From: Octopus vulgaris
Lineage: Eukaryota
Direction: 5' to 3'
Assembly: GCA_951406725.2 (NCBI GenBank)
Contig: OX597825.1
Coordinates: 79,236,001-79,300,000, forward strand
DNA length: 64,000 nt
Shown: piece after piece, positions 63,661-64,000 of the stretch
How positions within the stretch are numbered: the stretch's first letter is position 1
Layout of the letters: the number at the start of each line of letters is the position of its first letter
Translations under genes and position numbers: made by a program
Notes under the pieces: model-generated
The model's database searches: none
What the model saw: only the letters and a program-made list of their open reading frames with translations
Told to the model about the DNA's origin: nothing

Positions 63661-64000
63661 TGCATAACAAGGAGATGCTGAAGAGTTCCTGGTTTTAAGG
63701 GTATCACGAAAGGCTTGGTTGGAGGCTCAACCTTCTGAGTTCTTTTACAAAGCTTAGAAAAACTGAAGGACCAATGCAATAAGTGTGTGAATCTGAGAGA
63801 GGAATATGTTCAATAAAATCCTAATTAATGGATCCTCCTGTATTTTCTTTTACTTGAAGCCAGGAACTTTTCAGCCTCCCCCCCCCCCTCATGTAACTTG
63901 TGATAGCACTACATCTCTTTCTTGTCAATCTTCATCACTGTCCGGCACTCTCTAACTCCCACTTTCTCTCTCTCTCTTTCTCATTAACCCCCTCCCCCAA

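Overview
This is AT-rich, microsatellite- and SINE-dense animal genomic DNA. The repeat landscape suggests an octopus or other coleoid cephalopod, but that is inference. The window holds one complete minus-strand gene, importin-11 (IPO11). I reconstructed 26 coding exons by hand from ATG 58095 to TGA 4284, totalling 2910 nt (969 aa) with consistent intron phases; one intron is a U12-type AT-AC intron (18945-19780). The introns contain several tRNA-derived SINE families, piggyBac, mariner, pogo, hAT, MULE and Helitron relics, and RTE LINE fragments. The most unusual signal is about ten mutually unrelated fold-back insertions that mostly share one architecture, an inverted repeat plus a one-sided tail. 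Two have 13-bp target-site duplications and two carry minimal hammerhead-ribozyme motifs, with a third degenerate motif nearby. This fits Penelope-like inverted pLTR insertions that load the IPO11 pre-mRNA and probable 3' UTR with long dsRNA. All protein comparisons are to recalled sequences; no database search was run.
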